Shown: one piece after another, positions 10,169-18,651 of the stretch | How the letters are laid out: every line of letters starts with the position of its first letter | Position numbering within the stretch: the first letter of the stretch is position 1 | DNA from: Xylanibacter ruminicola 23 | GTDB lineage: Bacteria; Bacteroidota; Bacteroidia; Bacteroidales; Bacteroidaceae | Assembly (NCBI RefSeq): GCF_000025925.1 | Contig: NC_014033.1 | Span: 930,001-962,000, forward strand | Direction of reading: 5' to 3' | DNA length: 32,000 nt | The notes under the pieces: generated by a model | Database searches by the model: none | Seen by the model: the letters and a program-made list of their open reading frames with translations, nothing else | Told to the model about the DNA's origin: nothing | Position numbers and translations under genes: made by a program

Positions 10169-11161
10169 ATGTCTAAGTTAATAGTTTCATTATCGCCACA
10201 CGCTCACAGCCGCGATTCGATCGAGCGCAACATGTACGGTGTTATCATCGCCATGATGCCTGCGCTGCTCGCTTCATTCTATTTCTTTGGCTTGGGTGCG
10301 GTTATCGTTACCGCCACCAGTGTGGCTGCCTGCTGCTTCTTTGAGTGGGCTATCTGCAAATATATTCTGAAGAGACAACAGAACACCTTGGTCGACGGAT
10401 CGGCTGTGATCACCGGTCTGCTGCTGGCGTTCAACGTGCCTTCGAACCTGCCCATCTGGATTATCCTGATTGGTGCGCTGTTTGCCATCGGCGTAGCTAA
10501 GTTTACGTTCGGTGGTTTAGGTAACAATATCTTTAACCCTGCGTTGGTGGGTCGTGCTGCCTTGCTGGTAGCTTTCCCTGCCCAGATGACCACTTGGCCT
10601 AAGATTGGACAGTGGGATACCTATCTCGATGCCGAGACAGGTGCCACACCGCTGTCGATTATCAATTCGGCCATCCGTACTGGCGATGCCTCGTTGCTCG
10701 AGCAGTTACCCTCATCATTCGACCTGTTCTTAGGTTCAAGTTCGGGTGGTGCTGGTGCCATGGGCGAGATTTGTGCCTTGGCCCTGCTGCTGGGTCTGGC
10801 CTTTATGCTCTATAACCGCATTATCACTTGGCACATTCCTGTATCCATCCTTGGTACTGCGTTTGTGTTCTCAGGTTTGTTGCATCTGGCTAATCCTGTT
10901 TATCCTGATCCATTTACCGTGCTGCTTACCGGTGGTATGATGCTGGGTGCCATCTTTATGGCAACCGATTATGTTACCAGTCCTATGACACCAAAGGGTC
11001 AGTTGATTTATGGTGTTGCCATCGGATTCCTTACTGTGGTTATCCGTAACTGGGGTGCTTATCCCGAGGGTATGTCGTTCGCCATTCTTATTATGAATGC
11101 GTTCACACCGCTCATCAACAATTATGTTAAACCAAAACGTTTCGGGGAAGTTTCGAAATAA
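10169..11161 (+). CDS. rnfD: Rnf electron transport complex subunit D
   Basis: Polytopic membrane protein with a TGAT FMN-attachment-like motif and an ATDYVTSP motif. Position in the operon fits. Confidence 0.92.
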   Translation: MSKLIVSLSPHAHSRDSIERNMYGVIIAMMPALLASFYFFGLGAVIVTATSVAACCFFEWAICKYILKRQQNTLVDGSAVITGLLLAFNVPSNLPIWIILIGALFAIGVAKFTFGGLGNNIFNPALVGRAALLVAFPAQMTTWPKIGQWDTYLDAETGATPLSIINSAIRTGDASLLEQLPSSFDLFLGSSSGGAGAMGEICALALLLGLAFMLYNRIITWHIPVSILGTAFVFSGLLHLANPVYPDPFTVLLTGGMMLGAIFMATDYVTSPMTPKGQLIYGVAIGFLTVVIRNWGAYPEGMSFAILIMNAFTPLINNYVKPKRFGEVSK

Positions 11162-11187
11162 TGTAAAAATTTAAAAATGAAAAGATT

Positions 11188-11808
11188 ATGAAGAAACTCG
11201 AATCGTCATTATTAAATATGGTGCTGGTGCTCACCGGAGTAGCAGTTATCATGGGTGGTATCCTGGCTTTTGTGAACCACCTTACCGAGGGTCCTATTGC
11301 CGATCAGAAAGCCAAGGCGCTGGCCGATGGTATCAAGTCGGTGATGTGTGTCGACGACCTGCAGGTAGCTAACACCGATACCGTAAAGCAGACCGATGCC
11401 AAGGGCAAGGAGCTGGTTTATGTGATTTACGAAACTAAGGATGCCCAGGGCAAAGATTTGGGTGCTGCTGTTGAATCTACCACTGGTGGATTTGGTGGCA
11501 ACCTGAAGGTGCTGGTAGGTTTTAATACCGAGGGCCAGATTCTGGGTTACACGCTGTTGGAACATGCCGAAACACCAGGTCTTGGTGCTAAGGCCGATAA
11601 GTGGTTCCAGAAGGGCGAGAAGGGCGATATTATCGGTCTTACTCCCGCTCAGCCTCTCACCGTATCGAAGGATGGCGGTAAGGTAGATGCCATTACTGCA
11701 TCAACTATTACCAGTCGTGCTTTCCTGTTGGCTGTAAACAATGCTTATAACGCTTATAAGGCTGCCCCCATGGATGCAGCTACAGGCGCAACTAAAAAAA
11801 GTGAATAG
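11188..11808 (+). CDS. rnfG: Rnf electron transport complex subunit G
   Basis: Single N-terminal TM helix and an FMN-binding domain with AETPGLG and DAITASTITS motifs. Position in the operon fits. Confidence 0.9.
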   Translation: MKKLESSLLNMVLVLTGVAVIMGGILAFVNHLTEGPIADQKAKALADGIKSVMCVDDLQVANTDTVKQTDAKGKELVYVIYETKDAQGKDLGAAVESTTGGFGGNLKVLVGFNTEGQILGYTLLEHAETPGLGAKADKWFQKGEKGDIIGLTPAQPLTVSKDGGKVDAITASTITSRAFLLAVNNAYNAYKAAPMDAATGATKKSE

Positions 11809-11811
11809 TTT

Positions 11812-12399
11812 ATGAATGCAATACAGATTATAAAAAACGGCATTGTTAAGGAGAACCCCACGTTCGTCCTCATGCTGGGTATGTGTCCTACACTGGCCAC
11901 TACCACCTCTGCTGCCAACGGTATGTCGATGGGTCTCGCCACAATGGCGGTACTCATCTGTACCAATGTGGTTATCTCGTGCTTAAAATCGGTTACTCCC
12001 GATAAGGTACGTATTCCTGTGTTCATTGTAGTGATTGCTGCGTTTGTTACGCTGCTGCAGATGGTTATCAAGGCTTATCTGCCCGATGTCGATGCCTCGT
12101 TAGGTTTGTTTATCCCACTGATTGTGGTTAACTGTATCATCCTGGGTCGTGCTGAGGCTTTTGCCGCAAAGAACTCACCCGTAGCTTCGCTGTTCGATGG
12201 TATCGGTATTGGTCTTGGTTTTACACTCGGTCTTACCCTGCTGGGTATGTGTCGCGAGCTGTTAGGCTCAGGTTCAATCTTCGGATTCACCCTGATTCCC
12301 GAGACTTATAACATCCTGCTCTTTGTGTTGCCTCCAGGTGCATTTATCACCCTCGGCTTCCTCATCGCGATTGTTAACAAACTCAGAAGCAATGATTAA
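11812..12399 (+). CDS. rnfE: Rnf electron transport complex subunit E
   Basis: About 195-aa polytopic membrane protein (NPTFVLMLGMCPTLA, LIVVNCIILGRAEAFA), typical of RnfE/NqrD. Confidence 0.92.
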   Translation: MNAIQIIKNGIVKENPTFVLMLGMCPTLATTTSAANGMSMGLATMAVLICTNVVISCLKSVTPDKVRIPVFIVVIAAFVTLLQMVIKAYLPDVDASLGLFIPLIVVNCIILGRAEAFAAKNSPVASLFDGIGIGLGFTLGLTLLGMCRELLGSGSIFGFTLIPETYNILLFVLPPGAFITLGFLIAIVNKLRSND

Positions 12400-12405
12400 T
12401 TATTA

Positions 12406-12496
12406 GGCACGGATTAACACGGCTTTATAAATAAAGACACGGCCTGCTTCATACAAAAGCTGTGTTTCTCTAAAAGAGAGCCGTGTAATCCGTGCC
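12406..12496. repeat. Long inverted repeat / hairpin in the rnfE-rnfA spacer
   Basis: GGCACGGATTAACACGGC (12406-12423) pairs with GCCGTGTAATCCGTGCC (12480-12496): 17 bp with one bulged A and a 56-nt loop. Each arm is built from two CACGG pentamers. Confidence 0.8.
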
Positions 12497-12514
12497 AAGA
12501 AAAAAAATAAGATT

Positions 12515-13117
12515 ATGGAGTATTTGTTGATTTTCATTAGCGCCATCTTTGTCAACAACATCGTGTTGTCGCAGTTCCTGGGCATCTGTCCGTTCCTTGG
12601 CGTTTCAAAAAAGATTGATACCTCGCTGGGTATGTCAGCAGCTGTAGCCTTTGTGCTTACGCTGGCCACCATCGTTACCTGGTTGGTTCAGAAATATGTG
12701 CTCGATGCCTTTGGCCTGCAGTATCTGCAGACGATTGCCTTTATCCTGGTGATTGCCTCGCTGGTGCAGATGGTAGAGATTGTGCTCAAAAAGGTGTCGC
12801 CAGCCCTATATCAGGCATTAGGTATTTTCCTGCCCCTGATTACCACCAACTGTGCTGTGCTGGGTGTGGCCATTCTGGTTATCCAGAAGGATTACAACCT
12901 GCTGCAGTCGGTAGTCTACGCCTTCTCAACAGCCATCGGCTTTGGTGTAGCTCTTACCGTGTTTGCTGGTATGCGCGAGCAGCTTGAGTTGGTAAAGATT
13001 CCTAAGGGCATGCAGGGTATGGCCATCGTCATGCTCTCGGCAGGTTTGCTTAGCCTGGCCTTTATGGGCTTCTCGGGTGTGGATGGCGGACTGAAGATTC
13101 TCTTTGGTCTCGACTAA
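12515..13117 (+). CDS. rnfA: Rnf electron transport complex subunit A
   Basis: 200-aa polytopic membrane protein (NNIVLSQFLGICPFLGVS, LPLITTNCAVLG), typical of RnfA/NqrE. Confidence 0.92.
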   Translation: MEYLLIFISAIFVNNIVLSQFLGICPFLGVSKKIDTSLGMSAAVAFVLTLATIVTWLVQKYVLDAFGLQYLQTIAFILVIASLVQMVEIVLKKVSPALYQALGIFLPLITTNCAVLGVAILVIQKDYNLLQSVVYAFSTAIGFGVALTVFAGMREQLELVKIPKGMQGMAIVMLSAGLLSLAFMGFSGVDGGLKILFGLD

Positions 13118-13140
13118 ATAGCCGCCTATTGGTAAAAAGA

Positions 13141-13175
13141 GTCCGAACTATTTTGTAGTTCGGGCTTTTTTTTTT
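13141..13175 (+). terminator. Rho-independent terminator of the rnf operon
   Basis: 10-bp stem (GTCCGAACTA / TAGTTCGGGC), 5-nt loop, then a T10 run. Confidence 0.85.
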
Positions 13176-13182
13176 AACTTTG
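13175..13182 (+). promoter_or_regulatory. -7 promoter box (TAACTTTG)
   Basis: TAnnTTTG match 24 nt upstream of the ATG at 13207. Confidence 0.5.
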
Positions 13183-13206
13183 CCCCAAATTTACAGTATT
13201 TTAAAG

Positions 13207-13905
13207 ATGAAGATTGGAGATAAAGTAAGATTCCTGAGCGAAGTTGGCGGCGGAAAGGTGGCTGGCTTCCAGGGCAAGAATATAGTGCTTGTTGAGGATG
13301 AGGACGGCTTCCAGATGCCGATGCTCATCAACGAGGTGGTAGTGGTAGGCGAGGAGAGCTACGAAACTACCCGTATGGTTGAACAGAAGGCCAAGGCCCG
13401 TATGGCTGCCGACGATGACGAGGAGCCCGAGATTGAGCCTGCCGACCGTCCCATTACCTTTAAGCCAAAACCCGAGGAGCGCAAGGGTGGCGACAAGCTG
13501 AGTGCATTCCTGGCCTTTGTGCCTATGGATGTAAAGGAACTCTCGCAAACCCGTTTTGAGAGCTATCTGGTTAACGACTCGAACTATTATCTGCGCTATG
13601 TGCTGATGACTGCCGAGGGTACAGCCTGGAAGCTGAGAGCCGAGGGCGAGATTGAACCTAACTGCAAGGAGTTTATCGAGGAGTTCGGTCGTGAGGACCT
13701 GAACGATCTTGAGCATCTGTGTGTACAGCTGGTGGCTTACAAGCGCGAAAAACATTTCCTGCTTAAGTCGCCCGTTAATGCCCAGGTGCGTGTAGATACC
13801 GTTAAGTTCTACAAGCTGCATGCCTTCCGCGAGAACGACTTCTTCGAGCAGCCCGCACTTATTTACACACTCATTGAGAACGACGTACAAAAAGTAAAAC
13901 TATGA
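13207..13905 (+). CDS. Conserved hypothetical protein (DUF2027-like, recalled)
   Basis: Start trimmed to the ATG at 13207 (MKIGDKVRFLSEVGGGKV), because the 13180 start overlaps the promoter box and terminator. Local codon bias. ATGA overlap with the nadE start. Family name is from memory and unverified. Confidence 0.65.
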   Translation: MKIGDKVRFLSEVGGGKVAGFQGKNIVLVEDEDGFQMPMLINEVVVVGEESYETTRMVEQKAKARMAADDDEEPEIEPADRPITFKPKPEERKGGDKLSAFLAFVPMDVKELSQTRFESYLVNDSNYYLRYVLMTAEGTAWKLRAEGEIEPNCKEFIEEFGREDLNDLEHLCVQLVAYKREKHFLLKSPVNAQVRVDTVKFYKLHAFRENDFFEQPALIYTLIENDVQKVKL

Positions 13906-15842
13906 AATACGGATTTGTAAACGTAGCAGCTGCTGTGCCCACCGTAAAAGTGGCCGATGTAGAGTATAACGTGCAGCAGATTGAGAGCCTGATAGCTCAG
14001 GCCGAGGATCGTGGTGTCGAGGTGATGGTGTTCCCCGAGCTTTGCATCACGGGCTATTCGTGTCAGGATCTGTTTAAAGAGCAACTCCTGTTGGATCATG
14101 CCGAGGATGGTGTGGTAAAACTGCTTGATTTCACCCGCAAGCTCAACGTCATCGTGATTGTTGGTTTGCCAGTGGTAGTCAACGGTTTGCTGTACAACTG
14201 TGCAGCAGTGCTGCAGGGTGGACAGCTGTTGGGCATTGTGCCAAAGGTTTACCTGCCCAACTACGGCGAGTTTTACGAGAAGCGCTGGTTTGCATCGGCT
14301 CAGGACCTGAATGCTACCGATATTTATTTTGCAGGCAGTCCTGTTCATGTTTCAGCCGAGCCGCAGGTGTTTGTTACTGCCGATGGCGTGAAGTTCGGTG
14401 TCGAGATCTGCGAGGACGTATGGGCACCCACACCACCCAGCAACAACTTGGCTTTGGCTGGTGCCGATGTGATCTTCAACCTCTCGGCCAGCGACGAACT
14501 GATTGGTAAGCATGCTTATCTTAAGTCGCTGCTTGCCCAGCAGAGTGCCCGTATGATTAGCGGTTACGTTTATGCCAGCTGCGGTTTTGGCGAGTCTACC
14601 CAGGATGTGGTTTATGGCGGTAATGCTATTATTTTTGAGAATGGCCGACTGCTCGAAGAGGGCGACCGATTCTCGTTGCTGCCACAAATCAAGATGTGTC
14701 AGATTGATGTGCAGGCGCTGCATGTTGAGCGTCGCACCAATACCACTTTCATTAATGCACAGCGTAATGCCCACGCTCGCGAAATCGCTTGCAAGGCTAC
14801 CTGCCAGCGTCCGTTCGAGCTCTTCCGCAATATCGATCCGTATCCCTTCATCCCCAAGAGTGAGGATATGCAGGCATCGTGCGAGGAGATTCTCAATATC
14901 CAGGTGATGGGTTTGGTAAAGCGTCTGCACCATATCAATGGTAAAAAGGCTGTTATCGGTATCAGCGGTGGTCTGGATTCTACCTTGGCACTGCTCGTAA
15001 CCGTCAAGGCTTTCGATAAGTTAGGTCTCGACCGTCAGGGCATCGTGGGTATCACCATGCCTGGTTTCGGTACCACCGACCGTACCTATAACAATGCCCT
15101 GAAGCTGATGGAAACCTTGGGTGTTACCATTCGCGAAATCAGTATTGCCGCAGCTGTAACCCAGCACTTCAGTGATATCAATCACGATGCTTCGGTTCAC
15201 GATATCACCTACGAGAACTCGCAGGCCCGCGAGCGCACACAGATTCTGATGGATGTGGCCAACAAGGAGAACGCCATCGTGGTAGGTACAGGCGACCTGT
15301 CGGAGCTGGCACTTGGTTGGGCTACCTATAATGGCGACCACATGTCGATGTATGGTGTGAATGCCGGTGTGCCCAAGACTTTGATTCGTTACTTGGTAGG
15401 CTACGTAGCAGGAGAGATGGCTACGGATACATTAATGGATATCATCGATACCCCCATTTCGCCCGAGCTGATTCCAGCCGACGAAAACGGCAATATCAAG
15501 CAGAAGACCGAGGATCTGGTTGGTCCTTACGAGCTGCACGATTTCTTTATCTATTACTTCCTGCGTTACGGCTTCAGTCCTAAGAAGATTTTCCTGTTGG
15601 CCAAGCGTGCCTTCTGCACCGCTACCAGCGAGAAACCAGCCCTTTACGACGAGGAGACCATCAAGAAATGGCTTACCACCTTCTGCCGCCGATTCTTTAA
15701 TCAGCAGTTCAAGCGTTCGTGCTTGCCCGATGGTCCAAAGGTGGGTAGTGTCAGCTTGTCGCCTCGAGGCGATTGGCGTATGCCAAGCGATGCATCATCC
15801 GCCCTTTGGTTGAAAGAATGCGAGGCACTGGCGTGCAATTGA
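13902..15842 (+). CDS. nadE: Glutamine-dependent NAD+ synthetase
   Basis: N-terminal CN-hydrolase domain (FPELCITGY, VEICEDVW) plus a C-terminal PP-loop ATPase domain (GISGGLDS). 646 aa. Confidence 0.93.
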   Translation: MKYGFVNVAAAVPTVKVADVEYNVQQIESLIAQAEDRGVEVMVFPELCITGYSCQDLFKEQLLLDHAEDGVVKLLDFTRKLNVIVIVGLPVVVNGLLYNCAAVLQGGQLLGIVPKVYLPNYGEFYEKRWFASAQDLNATDIYFAGSPVHVSAEPQVFVTADGVKFGVEICEDVWAPTPPSNNLALAGADVIFNLSASDELIGKHAYLKSLLAQQSARMISGYVYASCGFGESTQDVVYGGNAIIFENGRLLEEGDRFSLLPQIKMCQIDVQALHVERRTNTTFINAQRNAHAREIACKATCQRPFELFRNIDPYPFIPKSEDMQASCEEILNIQVMGLVKRLHHINGKKAVIGISGGLDSTLALLVTVKAFDKLGLDRQGIVGITMPGFGTTDRTYNNALKLMETLGVTIREISIAAAVTQHFSDINHDASVHDITYENSQARERTQILMDVANKENAIVVGTGDLSELALGWATYNGDHMSMYGVNAGVPKTLIRYLVGYVAGEMATDTLMDIIDTPISPELIPADENGNIKQKTEDLVGPYELHDFFIYYFLRYGFSPKKIFLLAKRAFCTATSEKPALYDEETIKKWLTTFCRRFFNQQFKRSCLPDGPKVGSVSLSPRGDWRMPSDASSALWLKECEALACN

Positions 15843-15865
15843 TAATTGACAATTGATAATTAAGA

Positions 15866-15896
15866 AAAATGAGTTAGCTAAACGCTAACTCATTTT
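15866..15896. terminator. Bidirectional terminator hairpin between nadE and clpC
   Basis: Perfect 13-bp stem AAAATGAGTTAGC / GCTAACTCATTTT with a 5-nt loop and T-rich flanks on both strands. It overlaps the last codons of clpC. Confidence 0.75.
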
Positions 15897-18408
15897 CTTT
15901 AAGTGTGATATGGATGGTGGCTCCCGGTTCAAGGTCGCCATTCACTATCAGGTCGCTAATGCCATCCTCCAGATAGTTCTGTATAGCGCGCTTTAGCGGA
16001 CGGGCACCAAACTGCACATCGTAACCTTTGGTGGCCACAAACTCCTTGGCCTCGTCGCTCAGGTCGATGTGATAGCCTATCTGCTCAATACGGTTGTACA
16101 GGCTCTTCAGCTCTACATCGATAATGCGCTTGATGGCATCCAGATCCAGCTGGTCGAAGGTGATAATCTCATCCAGTCGGTTCAGGAACTCAGGCGAGAA
16201 CTGCTTCGACAGTGCCTTCTGTACAATGTCGCGTGCATACTGCTTGTCCTTGTCGCTCTTCATCAGTCCCGTCTGTGCCGATGCACCGAAACCTACGCCA
16301 CGGCCAAAGTCCTTCAGCTGGCGAGTACCTGCATTCGATGTCATGATAATCACCGTGTTGCGGAAATCCACCAGTCGTCCGTTACCGTCTGTCATGCGTC
16401 CCTCGTCAAGCACCTGCAGCAACAGGTTGAACACGTTGCTGTGAGCTTTCTCAATCTCGTCCAACAGAACAATCGAGTAGGGGTGACGGCGCACGCGCTC
16501 TGTCAGCTGTCCGCCCTCGCCGTAACCTACGTATCCCGGAGGTGCACCAATCAGTCGCGAGGTGTTAAAGCTCTCGGTATATTCACTCATGTCGATACGA
16601 ATCAGCGCCTCGCTGCTGCCAAACATAAACTCTGCCAGCTTCTTGGCCAGGTAGGTTTTTCCCACACCTGTAGGACCTAAGAACATAAACACGCCGATAG
16701 GGTGGTTGGGCTCCTTCAGTCCTACACGGTTGCGCTGGATGGCCTTTACCATCTTGTCGATAGCGGCATCCTGGGCTATCACGGCGTTCTTCAGCTCTAC
16801 GGCCATACCCTTCAGGCGTACACCCTCCTGTTCGGCCATGCGCTGTACGGGCACACCCGTCATCATCGAAACCACCTCGGCCACCTGGTCGGCATCTACC
16901 ACCAGTCGCTCTTCGCCCTCGCCGTTGCTCCAGCGGTCGTTCAGCTCCTTCAACTCCTTGGTAAGGGTTGTCTCGCGGTCGCGATAACCGGCTGCCAGCT
17001 CGTAGTTCTGGTTCTTTACCGCCTTCTGCTTCTTTTCGCGGGCATCGGCCAGCTCCTTCTCCTTCTCAATAATCTCGGGTGGAATCTGTGCGTTGCCTAA
17101 GTGTACCTTCGAACCAGTCTCGTCCAGCGCGTCGATGGCCTTATCTGGCATAAAGCGGTCGGTAATGTATCGGTCTGTCAATTTGACACAGGCCTCGAGT
17201 GCCGCGTCGGTATATGTCACGTGGTGGTGCTGCTCGTAGCGATCCTTGATGTTACGCAGAATCTGCAGCGTCTCCTCGTTGGTGGTAGCCTCTACCTGCA
17301 CCTTCTGGAATCGACGCTCCAAGGCACCATCCTTCTCAATGCTCTCGCGATACTCATCCAGCGTGGTAGCACCAATGCACTGTATGGTGCCGCGTGCCAA
17401 GGCAGGTTTCATAATGTTGGCAGCATCCATACTGCCAGGGGTAGAACCTGCACCGATGATGGTGTGTATCTCGTCGATGAATACAATCACGTCGGGGTTA
17501 GCCTCCAGCTCCTTCATCAGGGCTTTCAGGCGCTCCTCAAACTGTCCGCGATACTTGGTGCCTGCCACAACGCCTGTCATATCCAGCGTAAAAATGCGCT
17601 TTCCAAACAGCATTGGACTGCAGTGGTGGGCCTCAATCATCTGGGCCAGTCCCTCTACAATGGCGCTCTTACCTACACCAGGCTCGCCAATCAGTATGGG
17701 GTTGTTCTTCTTGCGGCGACCCAGAATCTCTACAATACGCTGTATCTCGCGCTCGCGACCCACACAGGGATCCAGCTTACCATCAGCAGCGGCCTTTGTC
17801 AGGTCGGTACCAAAGCTGTCGAGTACAGGTGTCTTCGAGGCGGGCTTCTTCTGGGCGGTGTTATTAATCTTGCTCACCGGAATGCCCTTGTCGCCATTCA
17901 TCTCAAACTCCTCTTCCTCCTCGTCGGGCAGTCCTATGCCGTTGCTCACGTTATTACTTACGTTTGTGTTCTTCGGCGCAAACAGTATGGCTGCAGCGTC
18001 GTCGTATGTCACATCGTTCATTTCTAAAACTTGTTTTGCCCCGTTGTTAGCCAAGTCGTGCAGTATGGCCAGCAGCAGGTGTTGCTCGTCTATCTTATTG
18101 GCTCTCTGTATGCGTGCCTCCAGTACAGCCAGTCGCAGTACGTTGCTGGCCTTCTCGTTCAGCACCAGGTCGGTAGTGTGTATAGGCTGACCGATTTCGT
18201 CCTCCCTTACGCGCATTTCCAGTTCAGTCTTTACCGCCTGCATATTCAGGTTCAGCCTGTTAAACAGGTCGATAACCGGACCCTCGTTACTGCGCAGAAT
18301 GCCAAGCAGTAGGTGTTCGGGACCCACCGATCGGCTAGCCAGTCGAGCTGCCTCTTCACGCGAGAAAGCCAGTATTTCTGATAGTTTTGGCGAAAATTGT
18401 GTCGTCAT
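15874..18408 (-). CDS. clpC: ATP-dependent Clp protease ATP-binding subunit ClpC-type AAA+ chaperone
   Basis: Double Clp_N repeat at the N-terminus and two Walker A motifs (GEPGVGKS, GPTGVGKT). Short UVR-like linker (NQNYELAAGYRDRE). 844 aa. Confidence 0.92.
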   Translation of the reverse strand: MTTQFSPKLSEILAFSREEAARLASRSVGPEHLLLGILRSNEGPVIDLFNRLNLNMQAVKTELEMRVREDEIGQPIHTTDLVLNEKASNVLRLAVLEARIQRANKIDEQHLLLAILHDLANNGAKQVLEMNDVTYDDAAAILFAPKNTNVSNNVSNGIGLPDEEEEEFEMNGDKGIPVSKINNTAQKKPASKTPVLDSFGTDLTKAAADGKLDPCVGREREIQRIVEILGRRKKNNPILIGEPGVGKSAIVEGLAQMIEAHHCSPMLFGKRIFTLDMTGVVAGTKYRGQFEERLKALMKELEANPDVIVFIDEIHTIIGAGSTPGSMDAANIMKPALARGTIQCIGATTLDEYRESIEKDGALERRFQKVQVEATTNEETLQILRNIKDRYEQHHHVTYTDAALEACVKLTDRYITDRFMPDKAIDALDETGSKVHLGNAQIPPEIIEKEKELADAREKKQKAVKNQNYELAAGYRDRETTLTKELKELNDRWSNGEGEERLVVDADQVAEVVSMMTGVPVQRMAEQEGVRLKGMAVELKNAVIAQDAAIDKMVKAIQRNRVGLKEPNHPIGVFMFLGPTGVGKTYLAKKLAEFMFGSSEALIRIDMSEYTESFNTSRLIGAPPGYVGYGEGGQLTERVRRHPYSIVLLDEIEKAHSNVFNLLLQVLDEGRMTDGNGRLVDFRNTVIIMTSNAGTRQLKDFGRGVGFGASAQTGLMKSDKDKQYARDIVQKALSKQFSPEFLNRLDEIITFDQLDLDAIKRIIDVELKSLYNRIEQIGYHIDLSDEAKEFVATKGYDVQFGARPLKRAIQNYLEDGISDLIVNGDLEPGATIHITLKENELAFS

Positions 18409-18459
18409 CTATGTCTGTTTCTAATTGTTATTAATATACCTTATATTATATATCTTCTG

Positions 18460-18467
18460 CAAAGATA
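18460..18467 (-). promoter_or_regulatory. -7 promoter box (TATCTTTG on the minus strand) for clpC
   Basis: TAnnTTTG match 51 nt upstream of the minus-strand ATG at 18408. Confidence 0.5.
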
Positions 18468-18555
18468 CAACAAATCTTGCAAACATCGTGCCATAAAAAG
18501 CTAATTTTTTACCATAAAATAGCTTAAAAGGTTTGGTGGGTCGCAAAAAAATAAT

Positions 18556-18563
18556 TACCTTTG
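18556..18563 (+). promoter_or_regulatory. -7 promoter box (TACCTTTG) for gyrA
   Basis: Exact TAnnTTTG match 88 nt upstream of the ATG at 18652. Confidence 0.55.
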
Positions 18564-18651
18564 CACGGTTAAAAACGCGTCAGAGGGCTTAAAAATGCCC
18601 TTAAACGCAAAAATGGTAAAATTGTATATAGTCAAATAGTAAAATAAAAAG

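Noticed and set aside
7452-13117. Considered whether the rseC-rnfBCDGEA cluster is unusual.
   Set aside because: Gene order, sizes and motifs are those of a standard Bacteroidales Rnf operon. Only the rnfE-rnfA hairpin is noteworthy, and it is reported separately.
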